DNA of 64,000 nucleotides from Rhina ancylostomus (lineage: Eukaryota). Under the pieces are notes generated by a model. The model did not search any database and had not been told where the DNA came from. It was given only the letters and a program-made list of their open reading frames with translations. The position numbers and the translations under genes are program-made. The stretch covers positions 16,006,657-16,070,656 of the forward strand of contig JARFYF010000060.1 in the NCBI GenBank assembly GCA_030265395.1, written 5' to 3'. The first letter of the stretch is position 1. Each line of letters begins with the position of its first letter. Below are positions 13,201 through 24,692 of the stretch, one piece after another.

Positions 13201-16200
13201 ACTTCTGGGGGTTATAGCACAGAAAACATTTTTGGACAGAAAGCTGGACAAGGAGAAGATGAGATAAGATAGGGCTGGTGTGGGGAAGGTTAGCAGAGGC
13301 TGTGGATTGATCCTCTGACACTGATTTTCACAGTGACTGGACTACCTCTAACAATATGTACTGAGATAAAAGGGACAGAGGAGGGAAGGAAACAGTATTA
13401 AATAGTTATTTTAAATTGATATTTCAGGCTCATCTTGCATTTGGCTTCCTGGGAATGGCTCCATTTGCCCTCCTCTAAATCCTCACTTGCAAGGTCCAAC
13501 CCCCTTCAATGTCTGTAGGCTAGATTTCCTCATGATTGGGGTAAATATCCCATTAATAATCTGACCCAAAAAATTACCTTTCCATTGGGCAGGAGTTTTG
13601 TTTAGCTTTGATTCTTTTGTCTTGTCTTTTGAAAATGGCTGGGATTGTTCATCTTGGAGCAGGGAAGGTTAATGGGAGTTACAAATTTAGGAGGAGTTCT
13701 GACAGAGTGTTAGAGTAACATAGCACGGAAGCAGGTCCTTCAGCCCACCGAACCCAGGCTGACCATCAAGCATCCCATTACAACAATCCTACACTAATCC
13801 CATTTATGCTCCACAAACTCCCTGCTTCAACCACTACCTGTACACTAGAGATAATTTACATTGGCCATTTAAATGACCAACCCTCACACCTTCAGGATAT
13901 GGGGGGTGGGTTGGAACTGAAGCACAGTCACAGGAAGAATGTGCAAACTCAGCACAGACAACATTGGAGATCAGAATAGAACCCAGATCATTGGAACTGT
14001 GAGCCAACAGCTCAACTAGCTGTGCCACTGTACAACCCAAAGTAAATAAGGAGAAATTGTTTCCAAGACAAAAGGGCCCATAACCAGTGGGAACAAATTT
14101 AAGTCATCAGGAAAGGGACTGGAGGTACCATGATGGCTCATTAAGTGGTAACTTGAAACGCACTGCCTGAAAGGATAATGTTTTCATTATCAGGGCTCCA
14201 GGGAAAAAACAGGATAGTGAAGCTATTGGAAAGCTCTTTCATGGGATTGGTGCAGGCCTTATGAGCCAAAGCTTCTCATTCGATATACAGTAATTCCATG
14301 AACACATTGAGAATAAGTTGAGTGTATGTCACTACACTGACCAGTCTCACCAAATCTCATTGCCCTCTATTCTGTCTCGCAGAATTTGCAAAGCTGCTCC
14401 AGGCTCTTTGGACATCCCCCAGCAACGACCCCATCAGTCCTTCTGAATTCAAAACACAAATCCAGAAATACGCCCCACGATTTGTGGGTTATAAGTAAGT
14501 GATGTTCAAAATATAAACAATAGGACTGAAACCAGCCACTGCAATTTTCTTCCATATACTGAACTCCTTTAACTCTTGGTGGTAGTGAAATGTGTTGTAA
14601 AAAATGCAAGTTTGTCCATTGTTCTTCACCAGATCTTACCTGTGAATTATTAACTCACTCAGTCAACAGGATGCCCAGGAATTTCTCCGTTTCCTGCTCG
14701 ACGGGCTTCACAATGAAGTGAACCGAGTGTCAGTAAGGTCCAAAGCTACGGTGGAGGACTTGGACCATCTGAAGTAAGTGGCTGTGCGATTAATGCCTTT
14801 TTGGATGGCCATGCCAAAGTCACCTGTTCACAACTTATTTCAAGTAACTTGAACCCCAGTGTGGCTGGACTGAGTCAGGTTGTTGAGTTCCATTCCCCAT
14901 GGTACAGTTCACAGTATTTCAGCTTCACTTTGTGGGTGGGTAGTTTTGTTTTTTTTTCCCTTCTGAGATCCTAACAGGCCATTTGGCTTAACTGTCCTCT
15001 ACCTGGGCCTCCTTTCACATTCATTCAACTTGACTTCTCTAAGTTCCTTTCTAGCCACTTATTTTTATGTTTATCTAGTGTGCGATTAATGCCTTTTTGG
15101 ATGACCATGCCAAAGTTACCTGTTCACAAATTACTTCAAGTAACTTGAACCCCAGTGTGGCTGGATTGAGTCAGGTTGTTGAGTTCCATTCTCCATGGTG
15201 CAGTTCACAGTATTTCAGCTTCACTTTGTGGGTGGGTAGTTTTTTTTTATCCCTCCTGAGATCCTAACAGGCCATTTGGCTTAACTGTCCTCTACCTGAG
15301 CCTCCTTTCACATTCATTCAACTCGACTTCTCTAAGTTTCTTTCTAGCCACTTATTTTTATGTTTATCTAGTTATGTTTATAGCTTTATAAATTTATAAG
15401 TTTATGTTTATAAGATCCACTTACGTTTATCTAGCATCAGTTATTTGTCCCAATTACTCCATGTTATAATGATTTCCAATAAGTCCTATAATCCATTCCA
15501 TCACTATACCCCCTCAGGTTTCTCCTAACTTTCCCCTTTTTTTCATTTCCCTAGTGTCGTCAATGCACTCTCAATCTTCTCTTGGCAGTCTTCACAGTTA
15601 TCCAGTGGAGTGATTAAACTGTTGAATGCATTTTTGCAGTTACAGAAAGGGTGTAAAAATGTGCTTCTGTCCCTTGGCTCTCTGAAGTTATCGAAAAGCT
15701 TCAGAAATCTCCTGCATTTTAGTCGTGTGAATAACAATACCACCCAAATCTAATTCCCTTGCAATGCCATTTGATGTTGCTGCTGTCTCATTTTGTGTGG
15801 GCTCATGTAAACTGACAAATTTTTCAAAAATTTGTTAAAATTTATAATTAACTTAAAAATGTGGGACATCAGGTACACCTTGTTTATTATATATAATTTA
15901 ATGTTGTTCTATGTTGAAAACTGTTGCTGCCTAATGGAAGTACCCAGTTTAATTGCTGTCCCCTAATTGCCTAATTGCTGTCCCCCTCTAGTGATGATGA
16001 AAAAGGTAGAAGAATGTGGAAGAAATACCTCGAGAGAGAAGACAGTAGGATTGTAGGTGAGTGCAGAACATTTAGTTAAGTACATAAGTCCAATTATTAT
16101 AAATGAAAAAAATATGTGTCTGTTCAGATTATGAAAATAGAGAGACGACACAGCGGAGCAATTCTGATTTTTTTCACTTGGCTGATTTGTTTTTCAGATC

Positions 16201-19200
16201 ATTTTGTGGGCCAATTAAAAAGCTCTCTAACCTGCAGTGAGTGCGGCTACTGTTCCACAGTCTTTGACCCCTTCTGGGATCTGTCACTACCCATCTCAAA
16301 GGTGAGAACCTAGAGTTCAATTCCAGACCACAAATTCACAGCAAGGTGTAAAATTCTCTCATATTCTGCACTGTTTCTCTGCAGATTTAAACCTCCCCAA
16401 AAGTTGCAGGGATTTTTACAGGATTCAGTTACATCAGGTTTGCTAGATGTGACCAAGTCTTACACTAGGGAAAGTGGGAATACAAGGAAGGTCACACCAT
16501 CTGGCAACATCAAGGGCTTACTCTCCATCAGATATTCAGATGCAATCTGACCATAGTGGGGGCATCTTTGTCAAAGCCAACGAATCTTGGGTTAAAGGCC
16601 CTCATCACTTTTAACAGCCTATTTTGGTGATTGCATAAAATCACATTGTAGCATTTGTACTGATATTTTATCATTATCAACAGTTTATAGAACATGGTCT
16701 GAGTCACTTATTAATCCCTAACTTTTGATGGTTTTGCAGAAAGGCTATGGTGAAGTTTCGTTGATGGATTGTATACGACTGTTCACCAAAGAGGATGTTC
16801 TGGATGGAGATGAAAAACCAGTAAGTTGATCTTTGATATTCTGGTTACTTGGAGTTCCATTACTGTGTGTGAGATTTGTTAGGAAGTAAAGACAGCCATT
16901 TATTATCTGTCTTAAACTCCATTTCATCTCTGTAAAGGAAAAAAAAATCCAACATAAGAAGCTATTCTGAAACATAAATTTGTAGAACACAGAATGGGAA
17001 AATCTGTTCTACCCACAAACCACAGCTTCTGGTGTCAGAGTTATCAGAACTATTCTCTGAGGAATAATCCACAGCAGCTGAAATACATAGATACAATCCT
17101 AAAAGAGATGCAAGAAATAAAATTAAGCAGAAACCAAAAACATTCCTCAGTGTGCTCCACCATTCAGTAAGATCATGAACTCTCCTACTCCACCATGACC
17201 ATTGATTCACTTAATGTAAAAATACTTGTCTCAATATACTTGTATCACCAAAGCCCTGCAGAGCTGAAACAAGAGTTCCTTATTTTCGTATTCCAAGCCC
17301 CTTGCCATGTACCGATGTCTGTGTATCTGTCTCTGCACTTTTATTTTCATGTAGCAGCATTCCCACATCCTTCTGTACACCATCATGTTAAAATTTCTTA
17401 TTAAAAAAGCATCAGCTTCTATATATTTCCTAGCAAAATTACTAAGCTTATATATTCCTATATCATTTTCCATCTAGTACTGAATTTTCTCCCCTTCTTT
17501 CTTGAGAAGATTGATTTATCTTCCTGGGGTATGGCTCTCACCATCTACCCATTACTGAGCAAAATGTGTACAAATGAAAGTTCTACCCTGAGGGCATCAT
17601 CACATTTGTACAAATCCTTCTCACCCTTGCCATCATGCGTCATGGAACAATGACCAATCGTGACTAGCTCATTTGCCTCTTCCTAACTACTGGAAGATCA
17701 AATGACTCAATTTAATGATACTCAGTCTTAGAGGGATCAATTATGAGGTCAGGTTTATATTTCCTGAACATGGAAGATTAATTGACAATGTGATCAAAAT
17801 TTTTTAAATGTCAGAAGGTGCTGATGAGGTAGATAAAAAGAAAATATCTCTTTGGTAGGAGAGCACAGAACAATGGAAAAGCACATTGAAATTAAAACTA
17901 GGCCATTCAAATGTGAAATCAGCTAACATTTTTTTTCACACAAAAGCTGGTGGAAATTGCTACTCTTCCCACTACAAAGTCTATGGATGTGGGGACACTT
18001 GGTACTTTCAAGACAGGAATTGGTTGAATAAGATTAATGATGATCATGGGGCAAAGGTGGTGAATGGACTTCAGTTACAGATTCCTGTTTTGTTTTAAGT
18101 GAACCTCAGGCTGCCTCCTCCCATGTTCCTGGTTCTAACTCCAGTGCATTCTGTGTTCCAGACATGTTACAGATGCAAAGTCCGAAGAAAATGTACGAAG
18201 AAATTCACAATCCAGAAATTCCCAAAGATCCTTGTGCTTCGTATCCTTGTGATATATAAATTTCTGTGATGTCCTTTGTGTATTCCAGTTGAAAAGTCCT
18301 CTGCACAGTCTTTAGATAAGCCACTGCTCATTTTGCATGCTATATACTGAAATGTGGAACAGAGAGAATGTGGGCCTAATTGACTCTGAACTGGAATAAT
18401 CTCTTATGGCCTCAATTAATTTTGAGTCATCACTGAATTGGTCCAGATATCTACCCAATGACAGTCCAAGGATAATAAGATTGAGTAGTTCTGGGTACTG
18501 ATTTTCCATGGGTACAGTGGCTAGGGTGCTAGGTAGTCTTTGGTATCTCAACCAACTGGCCGTTGTTTGCCTGATCCTTGTGCTTAATGTTGTTTCTTGG
18601 CTTTAGTTCTGCTCATTCTTCCTTTATTGTTCTTGTCATCCCAGTTTTTTTCAATCTGCAATCCTTAACTCGATGCTTCTTATAGATTTGAAGCGATTTT
18701 CTGAAGCACGGGTTCGTACTAGTAAACTTTCTACCTTTGTAAATTTTCCCCTGAAGGATCTTGACCTTCGAGAGTTCGGTTCTGACAACAGTGGTGAGTT
18801 GTATAGCGTCCTAAATCATTATTCTTTGCACTGAATTCGTGCTTGTTACACTGTGGCCCTGACTTGCCATCACATGGGTCTATCGATGATATGTCACCAC
18901 ATGACTTAGATATGTTATTATGTTAATCCTACACCTCCAGCGGCAAAATAATGCCTTCATCCAACTGTTCAGAGACTTGTGTAAAGGCAGGAGTCGGCAG
19001 CATAGTGACTGGAGAGGACCCACATATTACTCTTGATTCTCCAGTTTCCAAAACTTGCTATAGCCAACTAAAATTGTTGACTTTAGACCTGTCCCTTTAA
19101 ATGGATACTTCCTACTTTGGGATCCTATTGGTGAAAGGACAATGATAGGAAAGAGCAAATGGAGCTGAAAAGGATTAAATTCAGCATCTAATTTGTGTAG

Positions 19201-20344
19201 ATGGAAAAAGGATAAAAATTTAATCAAGAACATGAAAGGAAAGGATTTAGCTGGCAGTGAGAGTCATATTCCTATCACTGTTGCGTCATGGAATATTCTG
19301 ATATATTTTTCCCACAGTTACTAGTTAAATTGAATCAGTTGCTATGGAATGGTTGGCTAAAATATATAGTTAAACTTTTTTTTTGCCTTTCAATCTTTCT
19401 CCTCACAGTTCATGCAGTTTACAATCTCTATGCAGTGTCCAATCACTCGGGCACCACCATGGGTGGCCATTACACTGCATATTGCAAAAACCCACAGTCT
19501 GGAGAATGGTACAACTTCAATGACTCCAGGTGAGTTCTGACTTCAACATGCCTATCCTCATGATCGCTCTTCCCTTCAACCCCACCTCCCCAAAACTAAT
19601 TCAACCACATCCTACAAAAGACAAATCCCAAAATTCCACATTTTCAGCCTGGCCTGTTATGATGCCAGAAGCCAATTGACTTGATAACAAATGAAGGGAA
19701 AGAAGCAAACAAGTTTACTAACTAAATATTTAGTACCTCATTTGCAGTGACAGGCTCTGGAAAGTAGTAGCAAACACACATTGGGTGAGAGCATAGTGTA
19801 CAGTAGAGTAGTGGTTAAGTTACTGGCTGAGTATCCGGGGGCCTGGACTGTTGATCAAGAGAAGTGAGTTTGGATCCAATGACAGCTCACAAGTTCAAGT
19901 AATTAAGGAAATTTGGGGAAGAAAACTAGTATGAAAATAATGGATTGCTGTAAAAACCCACCTGATTTATAACGTCCTTCAGAGGAGGAATCTGTCACTC
20001 TCGCATCATCTGTCAATTTAGTAACTGGTAACCTATTGTAATTTGTTTGATATATAGCTTCTCGTGGAAATGGTCAAACAAGCCAATTGGTGCATTGCAA
20101 TTGGATGTGAGCCTCATCTGTGTTGTGTGACCATTCTGGGTAGCGATAGCAATGCAGGCTTGATGTCAGTTGTCAAGCTTCCTCGGTAGATGCAATGTCA
20201 ATAGGAGAGGAAGGCAAATAGGAGGTGTAACTCAGATTGCTCCTCTTTTTTTGCAGGGTGACCCCAATGTCATCGAGCCAGATAAGGACAAGTGATGCCT
20301 ATGTTTTATTCTATGAACTCTCCTGTCCTTCCTCTCGGATATAA
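1133..20344 (+). CDS. USP2: Ubiquitin carboxyl-terminal hydrolase 2, short isoform (USP2b/USP2-45 type); full spliced CDS, 12 exons, 397 aa
   Basis: join(1133-1282,10465-10515,12629-12752,14383-14494,14663-14773,15992-16056,16198-16301,16740-16820,18162-18240,18686-18793,19409-19529,20257-20344) = 1194 nt, all introns GT-AG and phase-compatible. Cys box [19 protein letters not shown], two CxxC zinc motifs, LVLHLKRF, His box GHYTAY, FND. N-terminus [13 protein letters not shown]...[12 protein letters not shown] matches the mammalian short-isoform first exon as recalled. Confidence 0.96.
2950..3165 (+). mobile_element. Penelope-type terminal repeat
   Basis: CTGATGA...GAAACGT...acagatgctgcctgatctgctg; further copies at 2770-2830 and 3860-3960. 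Confidence 0.55.
6005..6390 (-). mobile_element. Two Penelope-type terminal repeat fragments
   Basis: aaatgctgggaatactcagcag...atctgtgg at about 6020 and 6320. Confidence 0.5.
8905..9350 (+). mobile_element. Deu-domain SINE (SacSINE/AmnSINE-like) remnant
   Basis: cactctcacctc..., actgaggcagtgctgcactgtcagagg, ctcttaggtggatgtaa, caaccaacatcac; related copies at 6480-6710(-), 34130-34410(-), 55430-55740(-), 56420-56800(+). Confidence 0.55.
9365..9970 (-). mobile_element. RTE-clade LINE 3' fragment
   Basis: Reverse-strand similarity to the RTE copy at 50080-50870 and the short tail at 55180-55390. Confidence 0.55.
10465..10515 (+). CDS. USP2: USP2 coding exon 2
   Basis: ttttacag|[17 protein letters not shown]|gtaagt, 51 nt. 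Confidence 0.95.
12629..12752 (+). CDS. USP2: USP2 coding exon 3 (catalytic Cys)
   Basis: [20 protein letters not shown]...TALME, canonical splice sites. Confidence 0.96.
13712..14040 (-). mobile_element. V-SINE (HE1-like) inserted into a CR1 fragment
   Basis: tRNA-like head cagtggcacagctagttgagctg and V-domain gagtttgcacattctt on minus strand; flanks 13630-13710 and 14041-14290 are collinear CR1 3' sequence. Confidence 0.65.
14383..14494 (+). CDS. USP2: USP2 coding exon 4
   Basis: [36 protein letters not shown]. Confidence 0.96.
14663..14773 (+). CDS. USP2: USP2 coding exon 5
   Basis: [22 protein letters not shown]...DLDHL. Confidence 0.96.
14783..15371 (+). repeat. Direct tandem duplication, 2 x about 295 bp, in USP2 intron 5
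   Basis: 14783-15078 and 15079-15371 nearly identical, both starting tgtgcgattaatgcctttttggatg and ending tttatgtttatctag. Confidence 0.95.
15992..16056 (+). CDS. USP2: USP2 coding exon 6
   Basis: [21 protein letters not shown]. Confidence 0.95.
16198..16301 (+). CDS. USP2: USP2 coding exon 7
   Basis: [34 protein letters not shown]. Confidence 0.96.
16740..16820 (+). CDS. USP2: USP2 coding exon 8
   Basis: [27 protein letters not shown]. Confidence 0.96.
17700..18130 (+). mobile_element. Degraded CR1 LINE 3' fragment
   Basis: Collinear similarity to other CR1 3' ends in the window (attatgagg...gatgaggtagat...ctcctcccatgttcct). Confidence 0.5.
18162..18240 (+). CDS. USP2: USP2 coding exon 9
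   Basis: [26 protein letters not shown], followed by U12-type donor GTATCCTT. Confidence 0.95.
18241..18685 (+). other. U12-type (minor spliceosome) GT-AG intron in USP2
   Basis: 5' site GTATCCTT; branch box TCCTTAAC at 18662-18669, 16 nt before the exon; weak polypyrimidine tract. Confidence 0.9.
18686..18793 (+). CDS. USP2: USP2 coding exon 10
   Basis: (H)[35 protein letters not shown]. Confidence 0.96.
19409..19529 (+). CDS. USP2: USP2 coding exon 11 (catalytic His and Asn)
   Basis: [39 protein letters not shown]. Confidence 0.97.
20257..20344 (+). CDS. USP2: USP2 last coding exon
   Basis: [28 protein letters not shown] then TAA at 20342-20344. Confidence 0.96.
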
Positions 20345-22925
20345 CAATCTCCGGACATGAAAGAATGGGGAAAGCAAAGCAGCTTAAAAACACTGTCTCA
20401 CACCAATGGCGATATTTTTAAGTGATCTCTTGTGTCCTTGATATCGTAAACAACACAAAGTTCCTGCCTGCAGCACACAAGCACCCCAAGGAGATGCTGA
20501 ACCAACTAATGTCCAGATGGATTGCACCAGGACTGAGAGGGGGAGAGTGGGTGGAGGTGGGGATGCGTGTTGGCGGAAGGCTACACAAAGGGCTGTTTCT
20601 GAAATTAAGGGATCACCAGTCCTGCTGCCATTGACAGTTTTTTTTTCAAAGTACACACCAGCATCTGATGCAGAGCAACTCAAGCTCGGATCAACAACTT
20701 ATGGAAGAAATGCCACCCACAGCAGTGAGCTGCTGATTCTGCACCAGCGTCTCTCCTCTCTGTACTGTCTTGGAGTATGTTTATTTTCAGAAGCAAAAAT
20801 TTTCGTGCAAGTCTTTTGAAANNNNNNNACCACAAATTGTTACAGAGAGGGAGAAAGACGTTTGTTGGTATTTCATATCCTCTGAGTTGCAAGCAAGAAA
20901 ATTGGGCTCAGGAGAATATTTAAATTTATTTATGGTTTTTTTGGTTCTGTTGCAGTGAGTTGCCTGTGGCACATTGGTTAGAACCATCATCATCTGAGGG
21001 ACAAGTGTTCCTTGGCCCCCAGTCTGCTTTCTCGAACAGGGGACATTCTCCCTCCCACCGTTTCTGTGATACCTCCATTTAAAAATATGAAAAATTTCTC
21101 ATACTTCATAGATTGAAATACCATTTTAGACTTAAGTTAGAATTAACCATCTCTGAATTAAGTTTAGGTGTTACCTAGCGATGTGCACTATTTATGTGGA
21201 CTGACAGGAATAACATTTATTTGCCTGAGTTAATCACTTCTATCTCTGAATCTCACAGGGAATTTTCTCTGATCCCTATGTGGAGCTGAACTATCACACA
21301 GAGTTGATTATAGTTAATAAAGACCTAGCCTCTTCACAGTAGAGAATCCTTCTTGATAGCAAGTCTTTGCCCTTTCAAACAAGGATCCTGAGTTTCTGGT
21401 TAAGAAATTGGTACCAAGACAACGACCTTATTGGGTCAATTGTTCTAGCTTTGGTCATTTCTTCCCAGTGAAAAGCTCAGCAGCCAGAACATTGAGTAGT
21501 TGGTCAACAAAATTCAAGCAAATAGTTTTTCTTTGTTCATCTCAAGCCTATGTTTGCTATTACGGGAAGCACTCAACAGTGACTCTGTCTTGAATTTTGG
21601 CAGCCTTCTTTCTCCTCTGCCCTCATTCCCCAGTTACCCAGCCACCATACTACTTAAAAGAATATGCAGCACCACATTTTTAAAAAAAACAGGATTGCAT
21701 GTTTGTTCATCTTGTTTTTGTTTGATATACATCCCTTCCTCATTCTTCATCCCCTCAATGCACCCAGCAGGTTTCATTTCTTTAATATACAACTCAGTTC
21801 AGGAGAATAGGGCATTGGGCTGAGAATTAAACTATATCCTCCATTCAGTAATCACTAGGCCAGTACTGGCCTCCTGTAGGGATTTTATCTATGCCAAGAC
21901 TTCTTGGGGCTGAGGCAATGCATACCTTTGTGATTCCTGTTTAAACAAACTACTCACAACAGATGTCCCATCAGGTCATTTTTGCTGGATTTAAATGTTG
22001 CATTCTTAACAAATTTGCTTTGGTTTTGACTGCTTCCAGTGGCTTACCGTTCTGATGCTGAATATGTTGATTTGATATGAGAGGCAAGAGGTCAAATGGA
22101 ATCACAGAGAGATTAGTTTCAGCTAAAACGGATTACAGAGATTGTGGTATTGGAAGTGATTTGAAGCATCTCCTTTCCATGACATTCTGTGATCTGAGAT
22201 TTTTTTTTGCTGCTCTTCCTGAGCTGTGAGGTCTGATCCGTCCCACGGTGATTTCAGAAATCCGCTCACTGCCTAGTGACACTTACTAGCACTTTGATGC
22301 CTCCCTGTATTAAAAGAAAGGGAGGGGAAAAAAGCAGTCATCGCAGTGGAAAGCACTAGGTCTTACTTGTTTTAATTAGGGAGAACGGGGTAAAAATATC
22401 CACTGCTTTCACCCCATTGACTGACTTTTCTCCTCTTCTTGTCTGTAGTTGTACTTGGATTGATGATGTGTGTCCGGCCGTTTTCTTTCCAATTTCTATA
22501 TGTTTGTTTATCCTTCCATCCCCAAGTCTCCCGGATTGTTCTCCAATCCCCGAATCACACCTGCCCGCTGCTACAGGTTTTCCAGAGCGGTATTGCTGCT
22601 GTCCTCACCCGTGTCACGGTCTCCCCGCCCACAACTTCATAGTCGGAGAGGGAGCACATTTATGGTCGACATTAACGCAATGTGCTCGCCTATTACTCAA
22701 ACTCCCCTTCAAAAGTCATCATCTAACAGGGCTTTTTAATTATAAGGTATCTTACTAAAGTAATAAGATTCAACTTTCCAAATTTTTAACTCTAACTAAT
22801 GCATGGAGACGTGATGACTGTTCTATTTTGATATGTCGTGGGTTTATGGATTTATCTTGTTTACCGTGTAAACAAGCATTGGATTTATTTTATATTATGT
22901 ACAGTGAGGAGTTGTACATAAAAAT

Positions 22926-22929
<4 letters not shown>

Positions 22930-22959
<30 letters not shown>
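22930..22959. repeat. (TA)15 microsatellite in probable USP2 3' UTR
   Basis: Direct reading. Confidence 0.95.
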
Positions 22960-22962
<3 letters not shown>

Positions 22963-23599
22963 TCTAGAATAACAGCTGTGTGTATACATGCGCAGTATAA
23001 ATATATCTCTATATAAACTTCTGTCTTGGGATAACAGCCTGGTGATTGGGTGCTAAACAGCGATCTTTGACCTTGATACCCTATGAAAACCTGTTTGGTG
23101 TTTGTGCAATTTAAAAGAAGAATGTTCCTCTTGAAACTCGACCCTCTCGGTTCCGAAGAATGTGGCTTGGGCTAGTTTGCAGGCAGCTGTGGGCGCTCTT
23201 CCCAAGCGAGGTTATGCATTGTGCGTTGAACTTGGTTTTCTTTTCTCGGTGCATTTATGTATTTTGTTTTAATCCCCTTGATCTGATTCCGATCCTCCCC
23301 CTACCCCCAAGATCAATAGCGTGTGAAAAAAATATATTGATTTGTTTCGGGCTGTTTCAGTCACGATATTATAACCCGTTTCAATGTTGTCCAAATCTCT
23401 AGAATTAAGTTCTCTAGAAAAGATCGTTTCAGGAATATGGAGGTGGATCTTGTATCCTCAAAATCAACTGGTGCACATTTGATAAGAGACAAAACACGGA
23501 CGACCAGCGCAGTGGCCCATTTCATCTGCTTTGGCCTCAACAATTGATCAGGGGACTTTTGACTGTCCCGAACCAATCTACATTTTAGTAGCAATACTA

Positions 23600-24010
23600 T
23601 ATTCTGGACCTACAGAAACGAGATAAACAAATCCCAGGGAAAGTTTACAGATAGTGGCGACTGTTGTGTAAAAACAAAAGGGTTTTATTCCTCCGTTGAT
23701 GTGAATCTTTTCACCGTCAGTCGGAATCTGTCCTGCCGGAGAATGTCTAAACCTTCTAAAGTTAAAGGCATTCGTAGGAGGGTTAGTTTTTTTTGTTACG
23801 ATGAGAGTGGTAGACGTGTGGAACTTACTGCCTGGAAAGAGTAATATAAGGCAGACAAACTTATCGCGTTTAAAAAGCACCCAGTTGTGCATTGAAGAAC
23901 TATGGCCTGCAGCTTGGGACCTGGAGCACGAAGGTGGGATTGGGCTGATTGGCACTATTTTTGACCGGCAGAGACACGGTGGACCCAAAGCCCCCCCCCC
24001 CTTCTCCGCC
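23600..24010 (+). mobile_element. CR1 LINE 3' fragment
   Basis: gagagtggtagacgtgtggaacttactgcc (RVVDVWNLLP), typical CR1 ORF2 end. Confidence 0.55.
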
Positions 24011-24547
24011 TCAAATTTTCCAGAATTTCTGTTTATACCAAAGCTCCAATGTTCCAGTAACACAGATACAAAGTGTTGGTACTGAATCGAGTCCACAGGC
24101 CATCGAGGGAGGGACGGAATGAGCAGATGAGGTCCCCGTGATGGTCACTTATTCCTGCTTGGTTACAGAGCACCGGGAANNNNNNNNNNNNNNNNNNNNN
24201 NNNNNNNNNNNNNNNNNNNNNNNNNNNNNNNNNNNNGAAGAGGCAATATATAATCCTCGGCGCTCAGAATTGGAACTTGGATTTTGCAATGATTATGGGG
24301 AGACTGAGTGCCGTGAAATTGATGCAATTACAGTCAGCGGGTTTCTCACACTCAGCCACACTCCTTAACCATCGGTATTAATTTCTTGTATTGTTTTCTT
24401 TTAACTGGAATGTTCTGTAACAAAAAACAAATCGCGGAATCTGCACTTTGCTATTAAAGCGGTGCACCGATGGTTAGTAAGTTTAACGCAGTAAGTTTAA
24501 GGTCACTAAAGGGCGTGCGCATGTATTTTTTAAAGACCACTTTTGAA

Positions 24548-24553
24548 AATAAA
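24548..24553 (+). terminator. Candidate distal polyadenylation signal of USP2
   Basis: AATAAA with U-rich upstream and U/GU-rich downstream sequence; another AATAAA at 21316-21321 is a proximal candidate. Confidence 0.4.
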
Positions 24554-24630
24554 ACACTGAATATTAAACTAATGCCTTTCGTTTCTATCCTGGTTCAGAT
24601 TATTTCAGCGGTGTGGTCTGATGTTTCTAA

Positions 24631-24692
24631 TCACATGATGTACGCAAGTCCTGTTTCCAGTCACATGGTCATGTGATCTCTGATCACGTGAT
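24631..24692. promoter_or_regulatory. Cluster of four M-box/E-box motifs
   Basis: TCACATGA 24631-24638, TCACATGG 24661-24668, TCATGTGA 24669-24676, ATCACGTGAT 24683-24692. Confidence 0.55.

Noticed and set aside
23578-24096. Longest ORF in the track (172 aa, minus strand)
   Set aside because: Antisense to a CR1 3' fragment; no recognisable protein features
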